A stretch of 64,000 bases of DNA from Bilabrum cf. latius (lineage: Eukaryota), in assembly GCA_965178125.1 (NCBI GenBank), contig OZ237738.1:682001-746000 (forward strand). The letters run 5' to 3'. Both the position numbers and the translations under genes were made by a program. Numbering within the stretch: the stretch's first letter is position 1; each line of letters begins with the position of its first letter. Positions 39,833-52,600 of this stretch are shown here, piece by piece. Under the pieces are notes generated by a model. That model saw nothing but the letters and a program-made list of their open reading frames with translations, had not been told where the DNA came from and searched no databases.

Positions 39833-40008
39833 GAGGCGACTCAGTGTGCGCGCACACTGCCCGGGCCCGTGTGCAAAACTGGGTTCGATTTCTCCGTGTT
39901 CCATTTTATTGTGGCGAGAAATGCTACATCTAATATACGCGGCAAAATAGCGAAAACTGGTTGAAACTCACAATACAGGCATAGTGCCTGTGGCTGCGGC
40001 ACTCAAAC

Positions 40009-40880
40009 TTAAGATGTCTTGCGCGGGCGGCGGAGGGCGGCACCAGCAATTCTGCGCCAAGACTTGGGGTTGGGACCGTCGATCTTCCACATCTCGACGC
40101 GGTGAAGAAGCAGCTTGTTGCCCTCCTTGATCAGCTCCTCGCCCACCTTTTTTGTCTCCTCCTTGTGGCCGGCCTCAAGCTTTCCCTCGATGTCGTAGAT
40201 GAGAGACATGTGAGGGTCGTACGACTCCCAGTCTGTCTCCTGGTTGGCCACTCCCTTTACGATCCTCTCGTAGCAGTCCTTGAGACGCTCGTTGTCCTTG
40301 GATACGCTCAAGTACACGCACTTGTGCTGCTCCGACCTGCGCGCGCAAGCAAACAGAAATTCAGTATAAGCGTCGATGTACTCGATATGTTGCGAGCTGC
40401 AAGCTCGCGGGTGACGACAAGCAATGCTGCGGGAACGCCCGTCGTTGAGATGGTCGGTTTTGTGTAGCCTCGCCCTGAAGCGTTGAAATGCAGCCAAGGA
40501 GAGTTCCAGCGCCGCTTTATGTTGAAAGAAGCATTGAAGCACAAAATGATTGAAGCCAGGGACGCAGTAAGCGGTCTGACTTACCCTTCCTTGACCTCCG
40601 GAAAGGTCACGTGGAACGCGGTGTTGACGTCGCGGCAGACTGCGCGCATCTTCGCCTCGACTTCCTCCTCCTTCGCTTCGATCCCGGAAGCAAGGGTAAT
40701 GTGAGGCGGAAATGGCCACGATGCACCCTTCGTATTCGAACATTCCCACATTTTCGTGCGAATGGTTGGGAGGGGATCTTCACTCGACGTGATCCACATC
40801 GAGTAGGTGAACTTCTTGGCCTCGCCGCTCTTGTCATCCCCATCGGTCATGGGAGCCGCACCAGAGCCGCTTGATGCCAT
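40009..40880 (-). CDS. 2H-phosphoesterase / cyclic phosphodiesterase (CPDase), intron ~40337-40583
   Basis: Two HxT/S motifs (FPPHITL, YDPHMSLIY) and an N-terminal YSMW; TAA stop. Confidence 0.8.
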
Positions 40881-41598
40881 GGTTTGTTGTGTGCTTCGGG
40901 TGTGGTGATGTGCAGAACAGGATCGACCAAGCGGCGATAAACAGAATCCTGCACGTTACAATTGGACGAACTCGTGCCGAGCTACTTCAGCGTTTGGTTA
41001 TCACCCAACTCATATTTCGATCAGACGGACTACGAGTTGGATGGTAAACAAACATTCTTCGAATTTGCTTGCATCACGGAAGGGAGGACCTAGCAACGGG
41101 CGAGTTCGCACACTACACTACCTCGATGCACGTTCACAACGCACTGCTTACAGGTGGCTTAACGCACGACTCATCCCCACATAGCATCCATCGTTGTATA
41201 ATGCTCATGGCCGTAGATAATGACGGCATCTAAACCTCAACGAGGGCGAGGCCAGGCCAGGCCAGCCCCGGCAGGAGCACCCGAGCACTTGCTCCAGTCT
41301 CTAGATTGCTGGCAGACAGGCTCGTGCGATGCTTCTGGGCCTTTGAAGTTCACGACAGTTGTGATTCCGACAAACTGACCTTTCGCGCCGTCACCAGTCC
41401 CCCAAAATGTGGCTGCAAATGCCGACAGGTCTCGTGAGCCGAACCTAGTCGGCGGCCGTGAACGTGGCAGCCTGCATGTGCTCCTGTGGCATGCAGCCGC
41501 GGCCTGGGAGAAAGCAAGGTTTGCATAGGCGGGACATCATATTTTCGAGTCTTACCCCCCCACCGCCCCCCCCCTACCATGGTATGCGATGCATCCAA

Positions 41599-42751
41599 TT
41601 ACGCCGCCTGGTGTCTCGGCGAGTGAAGCGTGGGCTGCCTCTTCTCCGCGCCACCATGCATGCGCGCCATCGATGAAGATGACGATGAAGATAACGATGA
41701 CGCCAGGGCAACCCTAGTCGCAAGGTCGAGCACTTTCTGCGCCTGTTCCACGTGGAGCTCCTCCACGAGCTGGCCGTCAACAACCACCACTCCAGAGTCG
41801 GGGTCCGCGGCCGCGGCTGCCCCCACGATCCGGGCGGCGGCAGCGACCTCCTCCTGCGAGGGGCTGAACGCCTCGTTGCAGGGTGCGATGGTGGATGGAT
41901 GAATCAGGGTCTTCCCGTCGAAGCCGAATGATCGGGCCAGTGCCGCGCTCTCGTCAAAGGCAGCGTCGGCCTGCACCCCTGCCGGCACGCCGTCCAGGCA
42001 GGCAAGCCCGTTCGCCCTAGCTGCGAGCACAACCGTCTGCATGGCGGTGCGGATTGTGGATCCATCCGCAGACCGATGAGCTCCCAGGTCTTTTACGAGG
42101 TCGTTGGTGCCGAGCACGAGGCACGAAAGCTCTGCCTCAGCCTCCCGGGCGAGCTCGTCGGCCCGCAGCACTCCAGCCGCGGTCTCAATCATGGCCCAGA
42201 CCTCCTCCACGCTGCCACCTGCGCGGCGAACCGCGGATGTCAGCTCGTGAATCTGGTCGGCCGACTCCACCTTTGGCAACACAAACGAAGTGATTCCGGC
42301 CTCGGCCAGCTCCGCCACATCCGCTCGGCCCCACGGGGTTTCTAAGCCATTCACGCGGACAACTACGTGCTTATCACCAAAATCACTTCTCTACACGCTT
42401 TTGACTACCTGATAAGGACGAAGAGGAGGGAAAGTTCAACTACTGGGCTCCCAAACGGTTCAAGGAGTACGAGAGCAGGTGCCCGCGCAGTGGTGCAGCC
42501 CTCACGTTACTTCTTGCGATGTCCTTTGCTGTTGGTGACACAGCATCTTCCAAATCAAGGATAACACCATCGCACTACAGCTGTCCAACCTTTGCGAGGT
42601 GCTTCTCCGAGGCGCCAGGAACGTACAACACTGACCGCAGCAGCGGTGGTTGCACCCTGTTCCTTCCTGATGCGTATGACAGCAGCCTTTTCCCTCCTGA
42701 GCGCGACAAGGTCCAACTAAGAACGCGTTGTTGCCTACAAACGCGATGCAT
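41599..42751 (-). CDS. CitE / citrate lyase beta-like (HpcH/HpaI family) with probable mitochondrial presequence, intron ~42409-42505
   Basis: Exon 1, missed by the track, reads RSVLYVPGAS...L*CDGVILDLEDAVSP. Exon 2 has VVRVNG, LPKVES, MIETAAG, GTNDL, GFDGKTLIHP. TAA stop. Confidence 0.88.
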
Positions 42752-42898
42752 CCTCTCAGACTAACGAGAGTGGGCGCCACCAAGAAAACCATTCCACACG
42801 TGTAGATTCTATTTGTTTGAAACATTACGCTACAATGTCACTTTGAATCCATGGTGCTTTTGATGTAATAAGGAGCACATACTTGCAGTTTTGTGGCA

Positions 42899-45627
42899 AT
42901 GAAGCAGTCTAGGACAGAAAGGTCAGTCACGGACGCATTCGAGCGGGACGAATTCGATGAGGGGGAGCAGCAGCTTCGGGTAGCTGCTGGGGCTGCCAAA
43001 CCGCTGTTTGTGTCTTTGGCCCAGGATGCTATTCGGGTCTTCTACGGTGAGTTATGCCTGTAGGTGTCCAGAACAACGTATGTGTGTCGATGCTGATCCA
43101 TTTTAATTCGCGTCCTGTTCCCTGCTTCGCTGCCGCAGCAAGCTCTCCAGCCGAGTATACCACTTGCTTAGATTCCTCGTGGGAAGTGCCGCCGTCGAAA
43201 ATGCCTCTTTCTGATGAGATCCACGAGGACGATGACGATAAGGAAGGCGAGCTGCAAAGCTCGGAGGAAGGCATGCCCCCTTGCGGGAGGAAGCCAGCGT
43301 TCGTGCATCAGCTGTTTCACCGCGAACGAATCGTTGGCTATCGCGCCCCGAACGTTCGCGTTGTGTATGCGAACCCTTCCTTGCGCTGCTTCATAAGAAT
43401 ATCTCACGACGGAGCTCTGGAGGAGGCCGAGCTCCGCGACGACATCCCTGGACTGCTGAGCATGGCGTCACCGCCTGCAGCAACGCACGGCGCGAGCGAC
43501 GAAGCTGCTCTGCGGCGCGCCTTTGCGGGCGCCGACGTAAGCGCAACGGCGTCATCCGCTCCAGCGCTACCATCCAGCGGGGCAGGAACATCGTCCTCGT
43601 CGTCTTCGCCATCGTCTGCTGCATCCTCTTCCACCTCTGCGGCTGCTGCATCCTCGGCCAATTCGTCGCTGCAGCCACGCATGGCGGACGGCCCAGGCGG
43701 CTCCGCAGGACACAGCGAGGAGGAAGAGGAGGAGAAGCATGATGATGCCCCCAAGTTGGGGACCAAGCGCGGGAGGCCAGCGGAGGGGGGGAAAGATGGC
43801 GAGGATCCGCAGGACCTGCAGAGGGGGCCGGGTGATGCCGGTCTTGTGCGGCAGGCTGACCGGCCGTTCGAGCTGGGGACCGCACTCATGCAGTACTCGT
43901 GTGGCGAGTGCGATTCTGGCTCCGAGTTTGAGGTACGGACGTGGGGTTTGAGCGAGCCGGCGGCGCAGGCGTTTCACCGGAGGGTGGAGGCGACTGCCGT
44001 GTGGCACATCGAAGGTGAGCACGAGAACGAACCGCCGAGCAAGTGCTCCAGGCTTGGGCACCGCGCTCATATGCGGTGGAAGCGTCTTCAGCCCGCCTTG
44101 GAGCCGTGCTTCTTGGCCTCTGCACCTGTTGCTGTCCTTGGCCTGTCTCCACTCGTTTCCGTTCCCTGTGTCTCTCTCTTGTTTCTTGCCTTTGCAGCTC
44201 TCGATGGGATTGGCATAAGCCCGGAGACCACGTGGCACGCCGTGGCGGTGTTCCGCAAGCAGGCGGAGGGGAGCGGCGCGGCGCCCCAGGTTCCGCTGCT
44301 CGTGTCCTATGCGTCCTTGATCGAGATGCACAACCCCTTCGCGGACCCAGAGAGACCCACCGTCCTGCGCGTGGCACAGGCGCTGGTGCTGCCGCCCTTC
44401 CAGAGGCAGGGGCACGGGGAGGCCCTGCTGCGTGGGTGCTACGAGCTGGGGAACAAGAGGGGCGCGCGGGAGGTGCAGGTGGAGGACCCCGCCCCGGGCT
44501 ACGCCAGGCTGCGCAGGACGGCCGATTTTAGGAGGGTGCTGGCCACGGGGCTGTGCCGCGGGGCGCTGCCTCGCCTCCATCAGTTAGCCAGGGGGACAGG
44601 TTCCGGTGGACCAGCTACGACCGCAGCGAGCACCGGCGCTGGGAAAGCCACCGGTGCCGCTGGTCGGCTCCTGCCGCGCTGCTCGCTTCCACGCGTTGAT
44701 CCGATCCCCGAAGCGGAGGTGTCCGGCCTGTTGCGGGCTGCTGAGGATCGGATCAGCGCGGATCGGAGCAGAGCAACCAGTCCGAAGACCGCCACGGCCG
44801 CAGCTGACTCAGGAATCGCAGAGGCCCCCGCACCCTTGCGCTGGGCCAAGGCACCCTGGGCGGTGCAAAAGCGAACCAGCGCCGAACCTTCGTCGGGTTC
44901 GTAGCACCGGCAGTCTCTGCAGGCCTATCGAAGACTCGCTGTCCTGGCCGAGGCGGCCGCTGCCCAGTTGCTGCTGCCCCGAGCGCACGCCATGCAGGTG
45001 GTGCGAGACATGGCCTTCGCCGAGGCTGAGCTTTGCGGGGCCGGCGGTGGGGCAGGTAGCACAGCAAGCACAACAAGCACAAGCAGCAGCAGCAGCAGCA
45101 GCAGCAGCCTCGTGTGTGCTCCTCGGGACCATCGGCTACTCTGCAAGCGAATTTTGTTCCCTGGAGTGGAGGACGTGGCGGACCGCCGCGCCCGGCTCGC
45201 GGTGCTGGAGGCCTCGTACCGCGAGGAATCTCTCGAGTCGTGCCGCGTGCTGGCCTCCCTGGGACTTGCGACCAAGGATAGGCTGCGGGCGGAGGAAGAG
45301 GCGCTGGCGGGGGCACAGGCCAGGGCTGGGCCGCTGGTAGAGGCGTACAACGCCAAGCAGCAGCTCGAGCAGCTGAAGAAGGCTGGAGCCGACGTCAGGC
45401 AGGGAACAGGGGGAGCTGGCATCGGTGGGGAGGGGGCGCAGGACGAGGGGAGTGGGAGTGGGGGCACAGGAGGGTTGCTGAGTGGGCTTGGGGGCCTGGG
45501 CTAGGTGGCGGGATAGGCGCTCGGCGCACTGCAGTCCATGCTCGGCGGGGGGAGCTCTGAAGGGGCCGGGCAGCAGCGGGCGGGTGCGGAGTCGCCGGGC
45601 AAAGACGATGAGATGGGAGGATTTTGA
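42899..45627 (+). CDS. HAT1: Histone acetyltransferase type B catalytic subunit (HAT1)-like; introns ~43047-43138 and 44015-44197
   Basis: FVHQLFHRERIVGY, FHRRVE..WHIE, RVAQALVLPPFQRQGHG, VEDPAPGYARLR. Extends through TAG at 44902, 45502 and 45514 to TGA 45625-45627. Confidence 0.83.
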
Positions 45628-45678
45628 AAATGGCAGGCGCAGCCGCGCGAATACCAGCCCACATGCAATACTAGCCAA

Positions 45679-48600
45679 ATGCTTTTGGCGTCCCTGCTGG
45701 CCTGCCCAGGGGCCCTGTCTTCGCTACTGGCCCAATTGATTAAAATACACACGTTACAATTGGGGGGTATCCTTTCCAGCGTCAGTGGCAAGGGACTTCC
45801 TTCCCCCCCATCGCGCAAGGCAGTACGCAGTTGCCTCCGATTTTTGTCGATCGGGGACTACCGTAAGGCCATGTCGCGGTTGGCTGCTAGGCCCCACGCT
45901 AGGGGCACGGCAGCCGAAATGCAGGCGAAGGTTTAGGGGAAGTTTCGCACCAAGCGGTCCCAGCCGATCCCCAGGTTCCGCTGGACACGCCCGGTGCGAA
46001 GAGGCCGACGAGGGGGAACTGGAGGAGACGCGCGCGAGCATGTGGTGGAGCTGTCGGGGGCTAGACTAGGGGAGGAGGTCTAGAAGGCCCTGCGACTCAA
46101 GGCGCCAGATGCTTTTGGTGTGACGAGAGAGGTGCTGAAAACCTTGCTGACCGGGGAGGGAGCAGATGTGAAGCGGCTTTATGACGACTTCCATGCCTTC
46201 TGCTAGTCCATGGTTGAGGGAGCCCTGCCGCCGTGCCTATTCGCGTGCCTGGGCCTGTTTCGAGGGGTCCCAATCCCGAAAGGGGAGGGGGGCTCGGAGT
46301 TCAGGGTCATCGCAATCCAGCCTCAGTGGCATACATTTGTGAGCCGAGCCCTTCGGCCCGAATTGCTGCCGAAGGTGTAGCGAGCTTGCGCCCCACACCA
46401 GATGGGGGCGGGGCTCAAGTGCGGGATGGACGGAGCCATTGCAACGATCCAGGCTCTTCTCAGCGCTAACCCTGAGTGGGTGGTCGCTGCGCTGGATGCC
46501 TCGGATGCATATGGCTCCATCCATCGGAAGGCGACCTTGCAAGCTTTGGCGTCGCTGTCCACCGGACTGGGCACTTACGTGCACCAGTGTCTGCAGCACG
46601 CAGTACATGGTGTTGTGTCTGGCGAGGATGGAACAGAGCTTGTGCAGAACCTGGAGGGGGTGCTGTAGGGGTCGCCATTGTCTCCAGCGCTGTTCTGCGC
46701 AGCCATTTAGGGCGCTCTGAAAGCGACAAAGATTGCCCACATGGATGTGTACCTAGTAGCGTACCTTGACGACGTGTTCCTGTTGGGGGAGCTAGATAAT
46801 GTCAGGGCAGCCATCGCCACGTTGGAGGGGAAGTTGGGGGACGTCGGCCTCTCCCTCAACTAGAAGAAAACGTCGTTCTTCTCCCCCTCCCGAGCCACCT
46901 ATTAGCGCCTGGTCCACCTATTGGCGCCAGACCAGGAGGATAGGCTCGAAGGAGTGGTCCACGAGCATGGGCTGAGGATCCTGGGCGTCCCGGTAGGGAC
47001 CGACGTCGGAGTGGCCGAACAGGTCTTGAAGGGACGCTTGGAAGAGACGGTGGTTCAGGCTTTTCGCCTGGCCTACCTGGACCCAATCAGTGCGCGCGCA
47101 CTGTTTGCCCGGTGCGTTGTGCCGGCGTGGACGCACGTGCACAGGAGCGGGTGCCTCTTGCCCGAGCTCAAGGACGGGGTGACACCCCATTTGCAGGAGG
47201 TGTAGGGAGCGTTTCTGGAGTTCCTGACAGGGATGCGTGTAAGCGCTCTCTCGCAGGCCCAGAGACTGGTGTTGGACGTGCTGGGTCCGCTATCCGTTGC
47301 CCGTGGGGGCCTCGGAGTGGGGCTCGTGCCTGCCGATTTAACCCGGGAGGCAATGTGCGTCGGGGGGTTGTTGGATGTGTGGCCCTGGTTGGCGAGGGTA
47401 GCACGCGACTTCAACCTGCCACACCTGCAGGTGGCGCTCAACCAGTGGGACCCGGCGGAGGAGGTCGGGGAAGGTGCGGCGGCAGGTGCCGGGGAGGCAC
47501 CCCCTCTGCTGAACCCACTGCGAGGGCGCACCGCGCGCCTGAACTCCCTTGTGGACACTGTGATGACCGCAATCTCGAAGTACGGGAGACTCGTACAAGA
47601 GGGGAAGCAAGACAATTTCGGGATGGCTGGTTTCCCGAGTCCGTTGCTTCCACTTGTTCCGGAGGCTGACGTCCCCCCACGCTATGGTATGGTGTGGGAC
47701 ACAGCCCGCACTTCGGAACTCCTGGGCAGCCCAGCCGAGAAGGCAGCCCGTATGGAGCTGTGCGGTGGGGCCACTGAACCCTGGCGCCTGGAGGTGAAGG
47801 ACCTTCGGGCATGGGTGACGAGGCAGCTGGCTGGGGAGCAGCCGGCACCCACCGCATCGCAGGCGGTTATTCGTTTTCTCGAAGGTGCCGCAGGAGGGCA
47901 CAACCAGAGCCATGTGACGGCACTGGCTGAGCGAGTGCAGGTGGAGAGGCTCCTCTGGGATGCCTCATCTCCGCTTGCGCACGACAGACTCGCTCCAGTC
48001 GATGCAGTCACCAGAGAGTACGCAGGAGTGGCGCGAGCCACAATCCGCGCCGCCAGGTCCCAAGGAGCCGGGTCTTGGCTGCATGCGCCGCTCTCTGTCC
48101 TAAGCCGAGTCCAGCCTGAAGATGCCCGGGGCATGTTCTGCCAGCGTCTCGCCATCCCACAGCCGTGCAGCTGTCCCCCACAACCTCTTGGGGCAACGCA
48201 CGGTGCATGTGGGGAGGCGTGGCGTGTCACGCAGATCTGCCCGGGGTGCCGGAAGCAGGGCAAGGTAGTCGAACTGATCTAGTCAGTTCGCCACGGTGCC
48301 ACGTGCAAGGACAAGCGTGTCTGCGGAGGCCTTCCAGGCCGCAGGCACTTCCGGGTGCTCAACGTGCTCGAGCAGGTGGTCCGCGAGGCCACGGGCAGAC
48401 GCCCTATCCGGGAGCCAGAGGGCCAAGTGGCCCGGCTGCCGGGTCGGCGCGGTCCGCTCGTGCCACGAGGCGACCTATTCTTTGAGCACGAGGGGACGGC
48501 TTATCTCATCGATGTCACGGTGGTTGATTCCACTGCGGCAACTTACCGGTGGGACCGCTCGTCGTGGAGGATTGGCAGCGACTGGCAAGAGGGGTCTGCT

Positions 48601-49290
48601 CTGCGGGCCGCGCATGCCACGAAGCTGGCCAGCTACGGCAGGCCCGTCGACCTCGGAGCGCTCGGCGTCCGGATCGGAGGAGAAGACAAGTGGTGTCCTG
48701 GGACCGTGAGGACGCAGAAAGGGGCGGTACGCAGTGGCGTGCGGGTCGTACCCTTTGTGGTGGACGTGTTGGGGGGGATCGGGGAGAAGTCGGTCGAGTT
48801 CCTGTAGGTGCTCGATAAGCTGCGGAAGAAGAGGCAGGAGGACAAAGGGCGGCGGGTTCCGACTCGTCCGGCCAACGCGCGCCTCTCGTGGTCTTCCGTG
48901 GCAAAGGCTCGCCTCTCCGTTGCCGCCTAGCACCAGCACGTGCGCGGGGAACAGCGTGTGTACCACACTATGTACTCAAGGGTCATGCAGGACCACTCAA
49001 GGATCCTCGATTTTGTCTCGAAGGGATCGAGGAGGGCTGCAGCGAAGGCCAAACGGGCGCTCGCAAGGGCGATCCGAGAGGACTTTGCCAGCCTGGCTGT
49101 AGGGGCAGCCGAAAACAACAACCTCGCCGTGGCGATCGCCAACGTCAAGGCAGGGTTGGCTCAGAACGGGCAGCAGGACGGGGTGCCGGCAGCGGGCGCC
49201 GGAGGGAACGTGAATGCTGACGCTCCCCATGGGGAAATGGGTCCCCAGGGTGGAGCTTAGGTGGCTTAGGCCATTGCAGCTGAAGCGTGA
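45679..49290 (+). mobile_element. Non-LTR retrotransposon-type ORF (CRE/SLACS-like, RT + Cys/His knuckle + restriction-like endonuclease), ~1203 aa, uninterrupted under TAG=Gln
   Basis: RT motifs IPKGEGGSEFRVIA, PHQMGAGLKCG, ALDASDAYGSIHR, GVL*GSPLSPALF, AYLDD (46759-46773), GLSLN*KKT, LRILGVPVG, RGGLG. RLE motifs GAGSWL, C..C/H..C, RRH, RGDL...IDVTVV, KLASY, PFVVDVLGGIG. 14 in-frame TAGs, no TAA/TGA or frameshift until TGA 49288. Confidence 0.9.
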
Positions 49291-49656
49291 AGTCTGGTAG
49301 GTCCCGGGCCCTCGTTCCAGATGTTTCTTCGTGATAGCGTGCGCTTTTGAGTTGAGTTCACAAAATATCAGATCCCCCCCAAAATTTGCGACCAATGCAG
49401 CGAAACGGAATCACAGAGGATTGGCGGAGCAGTACAGCACAATTGGACAATCCAGCTCCCTCTACACGATATTCCTGCCACGCGTTTGCCGTTCCGGCGT
49501 TTTAGGATTGGCGCGGCTGGGTATCTGGCTCGTTTCGGTTTTTCGATTCTGCATGTTGAACGGCCACCTACAGACCTGAGCAGAAGCTGATTGGCTTATT
49601 CTCAGAAAGATCAAGCCGCACAGAAACGCTACCTAGATTTACGGTTGAGATTACAT

Positions 49657-52600
49657 ATGGCATCTGCTAACGGCGCTGGGGGGGCGTCTGCAGCCAGTGG
49701 TGCAATCGCAACGGCGAGCCCCAGCGTCGCTCCAGGCCAGCAATCGCAGCAAATGAACCAGTAGCAGCAGCAGCAGTAGCAGCAGCAGTATATGCAGGTG
49801 AGTTTCGTAAGATGTGGCACGATCCGCGGACGCTGCGGTCCAATCCGTGCACCGTTTGCTTTTACACCCTGCCAAATCCTTCGCAGATGCAACAGCAAAT
49901 GCTGGCCTAGCAGTAGTACTAGATGCATGCTGGGTACCAGGCTGCAATGCAACAACAAATGATGTTGATGCAGATGCAGATGCAAGCTCAAGTATAGGCC
50001 GCTGCGAGCGCTGCGGCGGCTGCAGCAACAGCGGCCGCTCACCAAGCCTCTGCGCGGGCCTCCGCCCGATCCTCGATACGGGAAGGGCTGGCCTCTACAT
50101 CTTCAAGATCATAGAGAGGAAGAGATAGCAGCATAGACAGGCAGCTCCCCGCGCAGTACGCGCAGCACCCGCTGGCCCAAGGCCTGGCCCAATCGAGTGC
50201 AACGCACCGCGGTAGGGCACCTCACGACGCCGACAGGTTCAGCGTGGTGTCTGCTCGGAGCGGTCGTAGCTCTGTTGCCTACCGCTCCAGACGATCTCCG
50301 CAACCATGGGCGAGGTCCCGCCGCGGCTCGCGCGCCGTTGGCGCTTCTGATCGCGCCTCGGTCGCGAGCGGCAGGAGCACCAGCAGGGCGCGGAGCAGGA
50401 CGCGGGGTCATGTCCCGGGCCCGGGTGCGCACTCCAGGAGGCAGTCTTCTTCCAGGGTGAAGGGGCTGAAGCCGGGCAGGGGAAAGGAGGGCGGCAGGCC
50501 GCGGTCCAGGGGCGGCCGCAGCGTGGCGTCGTCGGCCAGCCATGGGCAGGGCCGGAGCGGGGGCTGGTAGCCGAGGCGCGGCTCACAGACAGCAACAGGT
50601 GAGGGTCACGGACACGGGGGGATTGGAGGGGCAGGGCAGTACCAGTACCAGTACCAGAACTAGCACTAGGGGATGGGGATGGGAATGGGAAGTGGTTCGG
50701 GCTTGTCCTCGCCACCAGGTACGTCACACGGGTTGCCCATCGGCAGGGGACTCGGGGAGCACAGCGTGGGGCCCAGGCTCGTCCAGGGCCGGTTGCAACC
50801 GCTTGGCAGCCCTGGGGGGCTGCAGCCCAGTGCCTCCACACCGAACCTCGACGAAGGTTCTCTCATGTCCCAAGGGTCCTCCACCCGGCCGCCGCTGTCG
50901 CCTGCAAAGCCGCAGCGGTCCAACCGCTCGGATCAAGTTGGATCATAGGGAGGTGGCTATTTCCCTTCGCCAGGGAACAACGGAAGGGGTACCCGCAGCC
51001 GCAGTGGGAGTACCACACCCGGATCTGGAGCTGGGGCTCGAGAGGTCCTGAGCACTCGTCACAGCGCGTCCACGCCCGCGCTCCCTATGCGTCAGCAGAC
51101 CGGAATGCCGGGGCCTGCTGCGGCGTGGTAGCACTAGCAACACCATGCGATGCAGCAAGGCGGTCCGGCCGGGGGACGGCCCTACGCCGTTGCGTCAGTG
51201 CCGGTGTCTCCGGCTGCGGCGGACAGAGCGGTAGGAGGCGCTGGTCGAGGCCGAGGTCGAGGCCCTGTTTCCAGCGGTGGTGGAGCTGGAGGGGGGCGGC
51301 GGATACGGCAGTCTGCGCCATCTCCGACGGGTAGCGCGAGAACGTTCGCCGTGGACGGGCGAACTTCGCTCTGGGGGGGGAGGAAGAGCGGTCGAGGGCG
51401 GGGCGACCCGGCGGTGGCTCCCCCCAGCGGGGGCATGCGGCACTCGCCCGTCCCTGCCGGTTTGGACAGGCCGAGGGGCCGTCGCAGCCACGTGAGGCGA
51501 GAAGGAGACAGCCGGTCTCCGGCTCCCCTTCACCCTGCAAACGGAGATGCCCTGCCCGACCGCGCCTACGCCGACGGGCCAGGCAATGCGGGTGTGGGCG
51601 TAGTTCCAGCACACACGCCAGGCAGCCCGGGAGCCTCCTCCGTGTACACGGGGGTGGGCAGCGTGGCGTCATCCGTGCGATCGGGAGCCCCGGGCTCGGG
51701 CAGTAGGCACGTGGTCACGCATGCGGGCCGCCGGGCCTCAGGAACGGGAACACTGCCGTCGTCGTCTAGCGTGCTGGGTGGCGGCGCGGCCGGGGCTGCA
51801 GGTGACGGGGCCTCCACCGCTCGAGGCGGGGGCCCCGGCAGCGTCGCCACGGCTCCCATCGGGTACGGCTCGGCTGCAGCAGAGGCCAGGCAGGCGGCGC
51901 GAGCTGCACGCAGGTAGGCCATTGAGTCGCTTCGGCGGCGCGAGGCCAAGGAGGCGCAGATGGCCGGCGGCATCATGCAGTACCGGCAGCAGCAGTTGCA
52001 GGAAAGGAGGGTACGGCTACACTCGGCAAGCACGGACCGGTCCGCCACCACGGAGGTGCCTGCGGCCAGCGCTACCAGACCTTTCCAGCAGCAGGGGGGC
52101 CAGCAGCAGCAGTAGCAGCACCAGCACCAGCAGCAGCACCAGCACCGGCAGCACTAGGGGGTTGAGAGCGCGGGAAGGCGGGACTAGGTCCAGGCCAGCG
52201 AGCTTGTATCGATCGCACCGGTCCTCAAAAAGCCACCGTCGGCTCCAGCCGGGGCTCAGGGACAGCAGCAGCAGCAGCAGCAGCAGCAGTAGCAGTAGCA
52301 GTAGCAGTAGCAGTAGCAGTAGCAGTAGCAGTAGCAGTAGCAGTAGCAGTAGCAGTAGCAGTAGCAGAAGATGCGAGGCCGCAGCGGCCGCGGCGGAGGT
52401 CCGCTAGCTCTGGACCCTGACGGCCCCGGCGATCCCGACGACGTGCCAATGGACGACACGACCCGCCGCATGCTGGACGAGTCGGCCAAGCTGATTCGAA
52501 AGACTCGGAAAGGGTCTCCGTCGTCGTTCTCGCGACAGGGGTCTGCTAGCGGTCGATCGAGCCGGAACAAGTCCACCGGGTCGGGCCGTCACGCGCCTGG

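Noticed and set aside
40881-41598. Long intergenic gap as a possible ncRNA or tRNA-Gln(CUA) locus
   Set aside because: No cloverleaf or recognisable RNA motif seen by eye; tRNAscan-SE/Infernal would be needed.
35874-46668. TAG = Tyr, Leu, Lys, Glu or pyrrolysine, or ciliate-type UAR=Gln
   Set aside because: The most conserved positions (kinesin YGQTG, RT QG, EGF ACQR) and CAG/TAG mixing point to Gln. TAA was seen only at plausible C-termini.
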